Origin: Gammaproteobacteria bacterium | Lineage (GTDB): Bacteria; Pseudomonadota; Gammaproteobacteria; Burkholderiales; SG8-39 | Direction: 5' to 3' | NCBI GenBank assembly: GCA_041496745.1 | Contig: JBGQFF010000002.1 | Span: 1 to 60,015, forward strand | DNA length: 60,015 bases | Shown here: one piece after another, positions 29,339 to 39,176 of the stretch | How the letters are laid out: each line of letters opens with the position of its first letter | Position numbering within the stretch: the stretch's first letter is position 1 | Notes under the pieces: model-generated | What the model saw: the letters and a program-made list of their open reading frames with translations, nothing else | Database searches by the model: none | Told to the model about the DNA's origin: nothing | Position numbers and translations under genes: made by a program

Positions 29339-30352
29339 GTGACCCCATCCACACAGTGCGTCTTGATGCTACGCAAATTCGGCGGACCAGATGGGTTCGC
29401 CGTCGTCGAACGACCTGTGCCGGAACCGGGCGCTGGCGAGGTGCTGGTGAAGGTGCTCGCCGCAAGTGTTCAATTCACCGACGTCATACTGCGCAAGGGC
29501 CAGTACCCGGACCTCAGAGACAAGCCGCCGCTCGTCCTCGGCTACGACCTCGTTGGTGAGGTCGTGAAGGTCGGCCCGGGCGTGGCTTCGCTGTCCGTCG
29601 GACAGCGTGTTGCCGACCTCACAATGACGGGGTCCTACGCGCAATACCGCACACTCAAGGCAGGCCGCGTCGCCGTCGTCGACGCCGCCCTCGACCCAGC
29701 GGAAGCAACCTCGCTTGTGCTGAGTTGGATGACTGCCTATCAACTGCTGCGCCGTGACGCGCGCATTCAGAAGGGTCAGAAGCTTCTTGTCCTCGGCGCT
29801 GCCGGGGCCGTCGGCCAGGCGCTCGTCGTGCTCGGCAGGCTGGCGGGTTGCGATCTGTGGGGGGCCGCACGAGCTCGACACGCCGGCGTGGTGCGGGCGC
29901 TGGGTGCAACCTATGTCGACAGCGACCGCGCAGACTTTGCGAAAGTGCTGCCCGAGGGTTTCGATGTCGTGTTCGACGGCATTGGCGAGCAGGGCTTCTC
30001 GCGAGCCTGGCACGCAGTCGGACCGCGCGGTCATCTGTCGGCGTTCGGATTTTCCGCTGGAGTTCAGCACAACGTGTCGATCGCCCTGGTCGGACTCTGG
30101 TTCGCGAAGCTATGGTGGTGGAACACATTCTCGGGTGGGCGGTCGACGAGTTTTTACTCCATCACGTCGTTGCGCAAGAAGCACCCCGACTGGTTCGTCG
30201 CCGACCTTGGCGAATTGCTCGGTATGGCCAAGTGCGGCGAGATCAGGCCCCGCGTTGCAGAACGCATCGCGCTCGACGCCGTCGCGGACGCTCACACCCG
30301 CATCGAGCGCGGGGGTCTCGAAGGAAAGATCGTGCTCATACCCAACGGGTAA
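29339..30352 (+). CDS. medium-chain dehydrogenase/reductase (quinone oxidoreductase-like) family protein
   Basis: GTG at 29339 lies 5 nt after AAGGAGG, within track ORF 29225..30352. ...GEVLVKVLAASVQFTDVILRKGQYP...LGYDLVGEVVKVG...LVLGAAGAVGQALV (Rossmann motif). Codon usage is visibly less GC3-biased than in the neighbouring genes. Confidence 0.75.
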   Translation: MTPSTQCVLMLRKFGGPDGFAVVERPVPEPGAGEVLVKVLAASVQFTDVILRKGQYPDLRDKPPLVLGYDLVGEVVKVGPGVASLSVGQRVADLTMTGSYAQYRTLKAGRVAVVDAALDPAEATSLVLSWMTAYQLLRRDARIQKGQKLLVLGAAGAVGQALVVLGRLAGCDLWGAARARHAGVVRALGATYVDSDRADFAKVLPEGFDVVFDGIGEQGFSRAWHAVGPRGHLSAFGFSAGVQHNVSIALVGLWFAKLWWWNTFSGGRSTSFYSITSLRKKHPDWFVADLGELLGMAKCGEIRPRVAERIALDAVADAHTRIERGGLEGKIVLIPNG

Positions 30353-30524
30353 CTCAGCGACGATCACCTTTGCTTTACAGACGGATTGCTGAGAAGCGGC
30401 GCTTTGGCGCAGCGCCCTTGAATGACTGCTTACCCCGCGTCTCTTTGCGCTGCGTCCCAATGACAACCTTTGGCCGATAACGGACTCTCCTAACTTCAAA
30501 ACGGCACCACCATCTGGGGGCAGG

Positions 30525-31697
30525 TCAGCGGAGACCGCGCGCAAGATCCGTCTTTAGGTCCTCGACCGCCTCCAACCCGACGGCGACCCGGACCAATCCC
30601 TCGGTGATCCCGGCCGCAGCGCGCGCCTCCGGCGTAATACGACCGTGAGTCGTCGTTGCCGGATGGGTGATCGTGCTCTTCACGTCCCCCAGATTGCCGG
30701 TGATCGAGATCATCCTGGTCGAGTCGATCACCTTCCAGGCTGCCTCGCGGCCGCCCTGCACCTCGAACGACACGATGGCGCCGCCGGCGCGCTGCTGGCG
30801 CATCGCGAGCGCGTGCTGTGGATTGGAGGGAAGACCCGGGTAATGCACCCGCGCCACCTTAGGATGCGCCTCCAGCCAGCGCGCAAGTTCCAGCGCGTGC
30901 TCCGACTGCGCAAGCATGCGCAGCTCGAGCGTCTCCATGCCCTTCAGGATGACCCAGGCATTGAAAGGCGACAACGATGGCCCGGCGGTGCGCAGAAAGC
31001 TGAACACGGCATCCATCGCCGGCCCCTTCGCCCCCAGCACCGCGCCGCCGAGCACCCTGCCTTGCCCGTCGAGGTACTTGGTGGCGGAATGAATCACCAG
31101 ATCGGCGCCGAATTCGAGCGGGCGCTGCAGCGCCGGCGTGCACAAGGCGTTATCCACCGCGAGCACCGCGCCGGCCTTCTTCGCCACCGCGGCAATCGCA
31201 GCGATATCGGAGATCTCGCCCAAAGGATTGGACGGCGTCTCGAGGAACAAGAGCTTCGTGTTCGGCCGCACCGCGCGTTGCCATTCCTCGACCCTGGTGG
31301 GAGATACGAACGTAGTCTCGACGCCGAAGCGCGACAGGATGGTGGCGTACAACTGCACCGTGGCGCCGAACACCGCGTTAGAGCATACGACATGGTCGCC
31401 CGCCTTGAGCAGCGCCATCGAGGTGGCGAGGATCGCCGACATGCCGGAGGCGGTCGCCACGCAGGCTTCGGCGCCTTCGAGCGCGGCGAGCCGGTCCTGG
31501 AACATGGAGACCGTGGGATTGGTGAAGCGCGAATAGACGAAGCCGCCGTCGCCGCCAGTGAAGCGCGCGGCGGCCTGTGCCGCGTTTTCGAACACGAAGC
31601 TCGAGGTGAGGAACAACGCCTCGGAGTGCTCGTTGAATTCGGTACGGGCCGTGCCGGCGCGCACGCCCAGGGTGGATTGCTCGAACTGTTTTGCCAT
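30525..31697 (-). CDS. metZ: O-succinylhomoserine sulfhydrylase
   Basis: MAKQFEQSTLGVRAGTARTEFNEHSEALFLTSSFVF..., with the PLP-lysine region HSATKYLDGQGR. The start is ATG 31697; the alternative ATG at 31718 lies inside the upstream hairpin loop. Confidence 0.88.
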   Translation of the reverse strand: MAKQFEQSTLGVRAGTARTEFNEHSEALFLTSSFVFENAAQAAARFTGGDGGFVYSRFTNPTVSMFQDRLAALEGAEACVATASGMSAILATSMALLKAGDHVVCSNAVFGATVQLYATILSRFGVETTFVSPTRVEEWQRAVRPNTKLLFLETPSNPLGEISDIAAIAAVAKKAGAVLAVDNALCTPALQRPLEFGADLVIHSATKYLDGQGRVLGGAVLGAKGPAMDAVFSFLRTAGPSLSPFNAWVILKGMETLELRMLAQSEHALELARWLEAHPKVARVHYPGLPSNPQHALAMRQQRAGGAIVSFEVQGGREAAWKVIDSTRMISITGNLGDVKSTITHPATTTHGRITPEARAAAGITEGLVRVAVGLEAVEDLKTDLARGLR

Positions 31698-31735
31698 AAA
31701 AAAACCCGGTCCTTTCACTCACTAAGCGGACCGGG
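31698..31735 (-). terminator. Rho-independent terminator of purF, abutting the metZ start codon
   Basis: The minus strand reads CCCGGTCC-(15-nt loop)-GGACCGGG followed by TTTTTTT and then immediately ATG GCA AAA (metZ). Confidence 0.65.
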
Positions 31736-31816
31736 CTGTTTCGGCACGCTTTAGCTGTATTTTTAACGCGCCCGCAAGCTGTGGCTCAAATCGGCGCGAA
31801 GCCCACTATACCAAAT

Positions 31817-33337
31817 TCATTGCGCCGTGGCCAGATTGAGGTCGAGCTGGGCGGCGTCGCCGTCCTCGCCCGAGTCGCGCGCGGCGTCGCGGCGCACCTC
31901 GATGGCGTGCAGGTAATCGGTGGTGACGTCGCCGGTGATGTACTGGCCATCGAAGCATGAAGTCTCGAAGGTTTTCAGTTTCGGGTTGACCTGCCGCACC
32001 GCCGCCTTCAGCGCCTCCAGCTCCTGGTAGATCAGCGCGTCGGCGCCGATCTCGCGGCCGACCTCCTCCTCGCTGCGGTGGGCGGCGATCAGCTCCGCGC
32101 GCGTGGGCATGTCGATGCCGTAGACGTTGGGGAAGCGCACCGGCGGCGCCGCGGAGGCGAAGTACACCTTGCGCGCGCCGGCTTCGCGCGCCATCTGCAC
32201 GATCTCGCGGCTGGTGGTGCCGCGCACGATCGAGTCGTCCACCAGCAGCACGTTCTTGCCCTTGAACTCCATGCCGATGGTGTTCAGCTTCTGGCGCACC
32301 GAGCGCCGGCGCACCGCCTGCCCCGGCATGATGAAGGTGCGGCCGATGTAGCGGTTCTTGACGAAGCCCTCCCGGTACGGGAGCCCCAGTCCCAGCGCCA
32401 GCTGCAGCGCCGAGGGCCGGCTCGAGTCCGGGATCGGGATCACCACGTCGATGTCGAGATGGCGGTAGTCGCTGCGTATCTTCTGCGCAAGCTTTTCTCC
32501 CATCACCAGGCGGGCCTCGTACACCGACGCGCCGTCGATCACCGAATCGGGCCGCGCCAGGTAGACGTATTCGAAGATGCAGGGATTGAGCGAAGTGTGC
32601 TCGGCGCACTGCTGGCTGTAGAAGTTGCCGTCCTCGTCGATGAACACCGCCTCGCCCGGCGCCACGTCGCGCAGCAGTTTGTAGCCGAGCGAGTCCACGG
32701 CGACCGACTCGGAGGCCACCATGTACGAGGTTCCCTGCTCGGTCTCGTTGTAGCCGATCACCGCGGGGCGGATGCCGAAGGGGTCGCGGAAAGCGAGCAC
32801 GCCGTAGCCGGCGATCATGGCGATCACCGAATAGGCGCCGCGCACGCGGCGGTGCACGTTGGCCACCGCGCGGAAAATGGTCTGCGGGTCCAGGCGCAGT
32901 TTGACCGAGACCTTCTCCAGCTCGTGCGCCAGCACGTTAAGCAGCACTTCCGAGTCGGAGTTGGTGTTGATGTGCCGCAGGTCCTGGCGGAACATCTCCT
33001 CCTTGAGCTGGTCGGAATTGGTCAGGTTGCCGTTGTGCCCCAGCACGATGCCGAAGGGCGAGTTGACGTAGAACGGCTGCGCCTCGGCCGAATTGGACGC
33101 CGAGCCGGCGGTCGGGTAGCGGCAGTGGGCGATGCCGATGTCGCCGGGCAGCGAGCGCATGTTGCGCGTGCGGAACACATCGCGCACCTGCCCGTTGCCC
33201 TTGTGCATGTGGAAAGACTTGCGCTCGGCGGTGACGATCCCCGCCGCGTCCTGGCCGCGGTGCTGCAGGAGCAGCAGCCCGTCGTACAGCAGCTGGTTGA
33301 CGGGCGAGTGAGCTACGATGCCGAGGATCCCGCACAT
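31817..33337 (-). CDS. purF: amidophosphoribosyltransferase
   Basis: 506 aa beginning MCGILGIVAHSPVNQLLYDGLLLLQHRGQDAAGI (N-terminal nucleophile Cys), with the PRTase motif VLLVDDSIVRGTT. Confidence 0.97.
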   Translation of the reverse strand: MCGILGIVAHSPVNQLLYDGLLLLQHRGQDAAGIVTAERKSFHMHKGNGQVRDVFRTRNMRSLPGDIGIAHCRYPTAGSASNSAEAQPFYVNSPFGIVLGHNGNLTNSDQLKEEMFRQDLRHINTNSDSEVLLNVLAHELEKVSVKLRLDPQTIFRAVANVHRRVRGAYSVIAMIAGYGVLAFRDPFGIRPAVIGYNETEQGTSYMVASESVAVDSLGYKLLRDVAPGEAVFIDEDGNFYSQQCAEHTSLNPCIFEYVYLARPDSVIDGASVYEARLVMGEKLAQKIRSDYRHLDIDVVIPIPDSSRPSALQLALGLGLPYREGFVKNRYIGRTFIMPGQAVRRRSVRQKLNTIGMEFKGKNVLLVDDSIVRGTTSREIVQMAREAGARKVYFASAAPPVRFPNVYGIDMPTRAELIAAHRSEEEVGREIGADALIYQELEALKAAVRQVNPKLKTFETSCFDGQYITGDVTTDYLHAIEVRRDAARDSGEDGDAAQLDLNLATAQ

Positions 33338-33365
33338 GGGAGCCGCCTCGCGAAGTCGCTAAGGG

Positions 33366-33857
33366 TCAATGATAGCGCAAGCGCTGCCCGAACGTCCGCG
33401 GCAGCCAGGGCTGGAGCGCCTGCGCGGCCTGCGCCAACAACGGGCCGCTCACGGAATTCCGCCATGCCGGCTGGCGCGGCAGCGCGGTGAGCCCCGCGAT
33501 CAAGGCGAATGCGAGCACGATCAGCAGCGCACGCGCCAGGCCGAATACGCCGCCGAGCGACCGGTCGAGCTCGCCCAGGCCCGCCACCTTGACCAGCTTC
33601 GACAGGACCCGCCCGAGCAGCGTGCACACGGCAAGGATGGCGATGAACACCAGAATGAACGCCACCAGCACCCGGATCTCGGGGGACGGCAGCGCCTTGG
33701 GCAGCGTCTCGCCCAGCGGCCCGGCGAACAGGTTGGCGCCCAGGAACGCCAGCACCCAGGACGCGACCGAGATCACCTCGCGCACCAGCCCTCGCCATAT
33801 GCCCCAGAGGACGGATGCCACGATGATCGTGAGCGCCGCGTAGTCGAGCCAGGTCAC
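33366..33857 (-). CDS. cvpA: colicin V production membrane protein CvpA
   Basis: 163 aa: MTWLDYAALTIIVASVLWGIWRGLVREV... Four predicted TM helices. Canonical position between dedD and purF. Confidence 0.88.
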   Translation of the reverse strand: MTWLDYAALTIIVASVLWGIWRGLVREVISVASWVLAFLGANLFAGPLGETLPKALPSPEIRVLVAFILVFIAILAVCTLLGRVLSKLVKVAGLGELDRSLGGVFGLARALLIVLAFALIAGLTALPRQPAWRNSVSGPLLAQAAQALQPWLPRTFGQRLRYH

Positions 33858-33858
33858 G

Positions 33859-34416
33859 TCACGACCTGGAGGCGACGTTGCCAGGCGTAAAGCCGAGCGA
33901 CCGCAGCTGCTTGTGCGCCCTTTCCGCGGCGTCGCGGGTCGCGAACGGACCCGCGCGCACGCGCGTCACCGTGCCCTTGGCGGCCGCCACCGGTTCCGTG
34001 TAGTAGGGCAGCTTGGCTGCCTTCAACTTGCCGAGGACTGCCGCCGGATCGGCGTAGGCGCCGACCGGCACGATGAACTGGGCGTTGGCGAGCGCCGCCT
34101 CGGCGCGCGCGCGCTCGGCCGCGGCCGGCGCGGAAGCGGGCTTCGCCGGCGCCTCGGGTTTGGCAGGAGGGGGCTCCGGGGCGGGCGCCGGCTTGGCGGC
34201 CTCCACGGGCGGCGGCGGCGCCTTCGGCACCGGCTTCGGCGTGAACGGCGCCTCGTCCTGGCTCGGGATGCGCACGCTCACCGGCGGCGTCTGCCGCGGC
34301 TGCGGGTCGAAGATCCATGGCAGCACGATGACCGCGAGCAGCACCAGCGCGATGGCGCCCACCAGCCGCCGCCGGCCGCGGCGCTTCAGAGTATTGACGT
34401 CCTGGGATTCAGCCAT
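33859..34416 (-). CDS. dedD: SPOR-domain cell-division protein (DedD-like)
   Basis: ATG at 34416 gives MAESQDVNTLKRRGRRRLVGAIALVLLAVIVLPWIF (TM segment), a Pro/Ala-rich linker, and a C-terminal SPOR-like FIVPVGAYADPAAV...TRVRAGPFATRDAAERA. Confidence 0.75.
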   Translation of the reverse strand: MAESQDVNTLKRRGRRRLVGAIALVLLAVIVLPWIFDPQPRQTPPVSVRIPSQDEAPFTPKPVPKAPPPPVEAAKPAPAPEPPPAKPEAPAKPASAPAAAERARAEAALANAQFIVPVGAYADPAAVLGKLKAAKLPYYTEPVAAAKGTVTRVRAGPFATRDAAERAHKQLRSLGFTPGNVASRS

Positions 34417-35707
34417 GGGTGCCGGGGCCGCTGCTGCCAGCCGCAAGCGCTTGCATCACTGCGGCGACGGTGAGGAAGGATCCGAATACGACGATTTTAT
34501 CATTCTCGCCTGCTTCGCTCCGCGCCGCCGCGAACGCCGCCGCCGGCGACTCGTGCTCCGAGCGCGGAGCAGTCACGCCTGCAGCCGCGAGGATGCGCGC
34601 CAGTTCGCCGGCGCTCGCGCCGCGCGCCCCGCCGAGGCCGGCAAGGTGCCAGCGCGTGACGCGCGGCGCGAGCGCCAGCGCCACCGCGGAGATGTCCTTG
34701 TCGCGCAGCATGCCGAACACCGCGATCGTCTCCTCTGCGTAGCCGCCCGCGGACAGGTTCTCCGCCAGTGTGCGTGCCGCCTCGGGATTGTGCGCCACGT
34801 CGAGGATTACCTGCGGCCTGCCGGGCAGCACCTGGAATCGCGCCGGCAGCTCGACTTCGGCGAGTCCGCGGCGTACGTCCTGCATCGCCACCGGCAACTG
34901 GCCGCGCAAGGCGTCGAGCGCGGCCAGCGCTGCGGCGGCGTTGCGCAACTGCGGCGCGCCGCGCAACGCCGGATGCGCCAGCGCGGACCGCTTGCCCGCC
35001 GGTCCCCAGAAGTCCCACTGCCCCGCCTGCGCCCGGTAGCCGAAATCGCGGCCGAGCAGCAGCGCCTGCGCGCCGACGCGTTCGGCTTCGCGCAGCACCG
35101 AGGACGGCGGGTCCGGGTCGGCGACCACCGCCGGGCGCCCGGCCCTGAAAATACCCGCCTTCTCGCGCCCGATGGCCTCGCGCGTGTCGCCGAGCAGCTC
35201 GGTGTGGTCGAGGGCGACGCCGGTAATGACTGCGCAGTCGGCATCCAGCGCGTTCACGGCGTCGAGGCGGCCGCCGAGGCCCACCTCGAGCACCAGCGCG
35301 TCGAGCGGCTCCTGCGCGAACAGCCAGAAGGCGCCGAGCGTGCCGAATTCGAAGTAGGTCAGCGGCACGCCGCCGCGCGCCCGCTCGACCGCGGCAAAGG
35401 AGGCGCACAACTGTTCATCCGCGGACTCGCGGCCGTCGATGCGCACGCGCTCGTTGTAGCGCAGGAGGTGCGGCGAGGTATACAGACCCGCGCGCCGGCC
35501 GGAAACCCGCAGGATGCTTTCGAGGGTGGCGCAGACCGAACCCTTGCCGTTGGTTCCCGCCACCGTGAACACCGGGCAGCCGACGGCAATGCCCATGCGC
35601 GCCATGACCGCGCGCACGCGGTCCAGGCCCAGCGCGATGGCGTCGGGGTGCTGGCGGCCGATGAACTCGAGCCAGCCCGGGAGCGTGCGCGCACCCGCCG
35701 CGCTCAC
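34409..35707 (-). CDS. folC: bifunctional folylpolyglutamate synthase / dihydrofolate synthase
   Basis: 432 aa with VAGTNGKGS (P-loop) ...YTSPHLLRYNERVRI... Confidence 0.93.
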   Translation of the reverse strand: MSAAGARTLPGWLEFIGRQHPDAIALGLDRVRAVMARMGIAVGCPVFTVAGTNGKGSVCATLESILRVSGRRAGLYTSPHLLRYNERVRIDGRESADEQLCASFAAVERARGGVPLTYFEFGTLGAFWLFAQEPLDALVLEVGLGGRLDAVNALDADCAVITGVALDHTELLGDTREAIGREKAGIFRAGRPAVVADPDPPSSVLREAERVGAQALLLGRDFGYRAQAGQWDFWGPAGKRSALAHPALRGAPQLRNAAAALAALDALRGQLPVAMQDVRRGLAEVELPARFQVLPGRPQVILDVAHNPEAARTLAENLSAGGYAEETIAVFGMLRDKDISAVALALAPRVTRWHLAGLGGARGASAGELARILAAAGVTAPRSEHESPAAAFAAARSEAGENDKIVVFGSFLTVAAVMQALAAGSSGPGTHG

Positions 35708-36573
35708 GACGGCTGGTCGACCGCGATCCCCTGTAGCAGCGCGAGCAGCGCCGCCAGCTTGTCCCGCAGCTGGCGCCGGTCGACGATCATGTCGACGGCG
35801 CCCTTCTCCAGCAGGAACTCGGCGCGCTGGAAACCCTCCGGCAGCTTCTGCCGCACCGTCTGCTCGATGACGCGTGGCCCGGCGAAGCCGACCAGCGCCT
35901 TGGGCTCGGCAATGACCACGTCGCCGATCATGGCGTAGCTCGCCGACACGCCGCCGGTGGTGGGATCGGTGAGCACGGTGACAAAGGGCAGTCCGCGGTC
36001 GGCAAGATCGGTGAGCGACGCGGTGGTCTTCGCCATCTGCATCAGCGACAGCAGCCCTTCCTGCATGCGCGCGCCGCCGCTCGCCGTGATGACGATGAAC
36101 GGCAGCTTTTGCTCGATCGCCACGCGCACGCCGCGCACGAAGCGCTCGCCCAGCACCGAGCCCATGGTACCGGCCATGAATTCGAACTCGTGCGCCGCCG
36201 CCACCACGCCGATCGACTTGATGGCGCCCTGCATCACGATCAGCGCCTCCGATTCAGCCGACTGCGCCTCGGCCTCGACCAGGCGCTCGGTGTATTTCTT
36301 GGAATCCTTGAACTTCAGGCTGTCCACCGGCAGCACTTCGGCGCCGATCTCGAAGCGCCCGTCGGCGTCGAGCAGCGCGTCGAGCCGGGCGCGCGCGCCG
36401 ATCCTCTGGTGGAAGCCGCACTTCGGGCAGACGTTGAGGTTCTTCTCCAGGTCGGTGCTGTAGAGCACCGCGTCGCAGGCCGGGCACTTGGTCCACAGCC
36501 CCTCCGGCACCGCCCGCTTCGGGCCGGAGCTGCGCTGGATCTTCGGCGGCAGGAGTTTCTGCAGCCAGCTCAT
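35704..36573 (-). CDS. accD: acetyl-CoA carboxylase carboxyltransferase beta subunit
   Basis: ATG at 36573 gives [14 protein letters not shown]...[29 protein letters not shown] (zinc ribbon). 289 aa. Confidence 0.95.
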   Translation of the reverse strand: MSWLQKLLPPKIQRSSGPKRAVPEGLWTKCPACDAVLYSTDLEKNLNVCPKCGFHQRIGARARLDALLDADGRFEIGAEVLPVDSLKFKDSKKYTERLVEAEAQSAESEALIVMQGAIKSIGVVAAAHEFEFMAGTMGSVLGERFVRGVRVAIEQKLPFIVITASGGARMQEGLLSLMQMAKTTASLTDLADRGLPFVTVLTDPTTGGVSASYAMIGDVVIAEPKALVGFAGPRVIEQTVRQKLPEGFQRAEFLLEKGAVDMIVDRRQLRDKLAALLALLQGIAVDQPS

Positions 36574-37367
36574 GCGTCGAGCGCCTCCCGGATGGGGCGC
36601 AGCAGCGCCTTCACCCGCGCCACCGCCTGGTCGGCGCCGGCGTCCTCGATCTCCTGGATGATGCGGCTGCCGATCACCACGCCGTCCGCGATCTGCGCCA
36701 CGCGGCGCGCCGATTCCGCGTCGCGGATGCCGAAGCCCACGCCGATCGGCAGGCGCGTGGCGGCACGGATCTTCGGGATGTGCGCGGCCACCTCGGCCAG
36801 GTCGATGTGCCCCGCGCCGGTCACGCCGCGCAGGGATACGTAGTACAGGTAGCCGCTGCCGGCGCGAGCCACTTCCTGGATGCGCTGGTCGGTCGAAGTC
36901 GGCGCCAGCAGGAAGATCGGATCGATGCCGGCTTGCCGGACAAGCCTGGCGAATTCGGCACATTCCTCGGGTGGATAGTCGACCACGATCACGCCGTCCA
37001 CCCCTGCGGCCGCGGCCTCGCGCACGAAGTTCTCCACCCCCATCGCCTCGATCGGGTTGGCGTAGCCCATCAGCACGAGCGGCGTCTGCGAGTTCTGGTG
37101 GCGGAAGTCGCGCACCAGTCCGAGCACGTCGCGCAGCCCCACGCCTTGCTTGAGCGCCCGCTCGCCCGAGCGCTGGATCACGGGCCCGTCCGCCATCGGG
37201 TCGGAGAACGGCACGCCGAGCTCGAGGATGTCGGCCCCCGCCTCGACCAGGGCGCGCATCAGGGGCACCGTCAGGGCCGGCTTGGGGTCGCCCGCCGTGA
37301 TGTAGGGGATCAGCGCCTTGCGCTTCGCCTTGCGCAATGTCTCGAAGCGGGCCTGGATGCGCGACAC
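36570..37367 (-). CDS. trpA: tryptophan synthase alpha chain
   Basis: 265 aa: ...[47 protein letters not shown]... Confidence 0.96.
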   Translation of the reverse strand: MSRIQARFETLRKAKRKALIPYITAGDPKPALTVPLMRALVEAGADILELGVPFSDPMADGPVIQRSGERALKQGVGLRDVLGLVRDFRHQNSQTPLVLMGYANPIEAMGVENFVREAAAAGVDGVIVVDYPPEECAEFARLVRQAGIDPIFLLAPTSTDQRIQEVARAGSGYLYYVSLRGVTGAGHIDLAEVAAHIPKIRAATRLPIGVGFGIRDAESARRVAQIADGVVIGSRIIQEIEDAGADQAVARVKALLRPIREALDA

Positions 37368-37369
37368 GG

Positions 37370-38569
37370 CTAGAGCTTGAGCCCCGCGCGCTCGGCGACG
37401 GTATGCATGTCCTTGTCGCCGCGGCCGGAAAGATTAACCAGCAGGATGCGGTCCTTGGCCATCTGCGGCGCGACCTGCGCCGCGTAGGCCACCGCGTGCG
37501 CGGATTCCAGGGCCGGAATGATGCCTTCGTAGTGGCACAGGTCGCTGAACGCGCGCAGCGCGTCGGCATCGGTCACCGCCACGTATTCGGCGCGCCCGGC
37601 GTCCTTCAGCCAGGCGTGCTCGGGGCCGACGCCGGGATAGTCCAGGCCGGCCGACACCGAATGCGTCTCGAGGATCTGGCCGTTGGCGTCCTGCAGCAGG
37701 TAGGTGCGGTTGCCGTGCAGCACGCCGGGCTTGCCCGCGCACAACGAGGCCGCGTGCCTGCCGGTGGCCAGGCCCTCGCCCGCCGCCTCCACGCCGATCA
37801 GACGCACGCCCTCGACCTCGATGTAGGGGTAGAAGATGCCCATCGCGTTCGAGCCGCCGCCGACGCAGGCGATCACCGCATCCGGCTGGCGGCCGGCGAG
37901 TTCCGGCATCTGCTGCTTGCACTCCTCGCCGATCACCGTCTGGAAATCGCGCACCATCATCGGATAGGGGTGCGGGCCGGCCACCGTGCCGATGATGTAG
38001 AAAGTGCTGTCGATGTGAGTGACCCAGTCGCGCATCGCTTCGTTGAGCGCGTCCTTGAGCGTCTTGGAGCCGGACTCCACCGGCACCACGGTCGCCCCGA
38101 GCAGCTTCATGCGGTAGACGTTCTGCGCCTGGCGCTTGATGTCTTGCGCTCCCATGTACACCACGCACTGCATGCCGTAGCGCGCCGCCACGGTCGCCGT
38201 CGCGACGCCGTGCATGCCGGCGCCCGTCTCGGCGATCACGCGCGGCTTGCCCATGCGCCGCGCCAGCAGCGCCTGGCCGATGGTGTTGTTGATCTTGTGC
38301 GCGCCGGTGTGGTTCAGGTCTTCGCGCTTGAGGTAAATCTGCGCGCCGCCGAGCAACTGCGACCAGCGCTTGGCGTGGTACACCGGGCTGGGGCGACCGA
38401 CGTAGTGCTTCAGGTCATCGCGGAATTCCGCCTCGAACGCGGGATCGCGGCGCGCCTGCTGGTACGCGGCGAGCAGTTCCTCGAGCGCGTGCATCAGCGT
38501 CTCGGCGACGAACACGCCGCCGTAGGGGCCGAAGTGCCCGCGCGCGTCGGGCAAGTCATGCATCCGCAT
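37370..38569 (-). CDS. trpB: tryptophan synthase beta chain
   Basis: 399 aa with the PLP-lysine motif [11 protein letters not shown]. Confidence 0.97.
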   Translation of the reverse strand: MRMHDLPDARGHFGPYGGVFVAETLMHALEELLAAYQQARRDPAFEAEFRDDLKHYVGRPSPVYHAKRWSQLLGGAQIYLKREDLNHTGAHKINNTIGQALLARRMGKPRVIAETGAGMHGVATATVAARYGMQCVVYMGAQDIKRQAQNVYRMKLLGATVVPVESGSKTLKDALNEAMRDWVTHIDSTFYIIGTVAGPHPYPMMVRDFQTVIGEECKQQMPELAGRQPDAVIACVGGGSNAMGIFYPYIEVEGVRLIGVEAAGEGLATGRHAASLCAGKPGVLHGNRTYLLQDANGQILETHSVSAGLDYPGVGPEHAWLKDAGRAEYVAVTDADALRAFSDLCHYEGIIPALESAHAVAYAAQVAPQMAKDRILLVNLSGRGDKDMHTVAERAGLKL

Positions 38570-39176
38570 TCCTGACCTCCGCGATGAACGCCGCGATTTT
38601 CGCGGCGTCCTTGATTCCCTTTGACGACTCCACGCCGCTCGATACGTCCACGGCCCAGGGCCGCACGCGGCGTACCGCCTCGCCGACGTTCCCCCGCGTC
38701 AGGCCGCCCGACAGGACCAGGGGCCGCGCCAGCCTCGCCGGCACCAGCGACCAGTCGAAGCTGGCGCCGGCGCCGCCGTACTCCCCGACATGGGCGTCGA
38801 GCAGCCAGCCGCTGGCGGCCGAGAATGGCCGCAAGTATTTTAGCAAATCGACCCCCTGCGCCACGCGGCAGGCCTTGATGAACGGCAAGCCAAACTGCGC
38901 GCAGAACTCCGGCGTCTCCTCGCCGTGGAACTGCAGCAGCGCCGGGTGCACGCGCCCGATCACCTGCGCCACCTGTGCCGCGTCCGGGTTCACGAACAGC
39001 GCCACCGCCTGCACGAACGGCGGCAGCGCGTCGCGGATCTCCCGCGCGCGTTCCACGTTCAGGAACCGCGGGCTGGGAGGATAGAACACCAGGCCGATGG
39101 CGTCCGCCCCCGCTTGCGCCGCCGCCACGGCATCCGCGGGCCGCGTGATGCCGCAGATCTTGATGCGCGTTCTCAA
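38556..39176 (-). CDS. trpF: phosphoribosylanthranilate isomerase
   Basis: TTG at 39176 overlaps the truA TGA. The 206-aa product reads (M)[36 protein letters not shown]... Confidence 0.88.
   Translation of the reverse strand: MRTRIKICGITRPADAVAAAQAGADAIGLVFYPPSPRFLNVERAREIRDALPPFVQAVALFVNPDAAQVAQVIGRVHPALLQFHGEETPEFCAQFGLPFIKACRVAQGVDLLKYLRPFSAASGWLLDAHVGEYGGAGASFDWSLVPARLARPLVLSGGLTRGNVGEAVRRVRPWAVDVSSGVESSKGIKDAAKIAAFIAEVRNADA

Noticed and set aside
28219-29376. A 385-aa minus-strand ORF antisense to the LOG-family gene that extends into the 29065-29338 spacer.
   Set aside because: The plus-strand LOG gene has both family signature motifs. The antisense ORF has none, and its extension into the spacer simply reflects a lack of stops.
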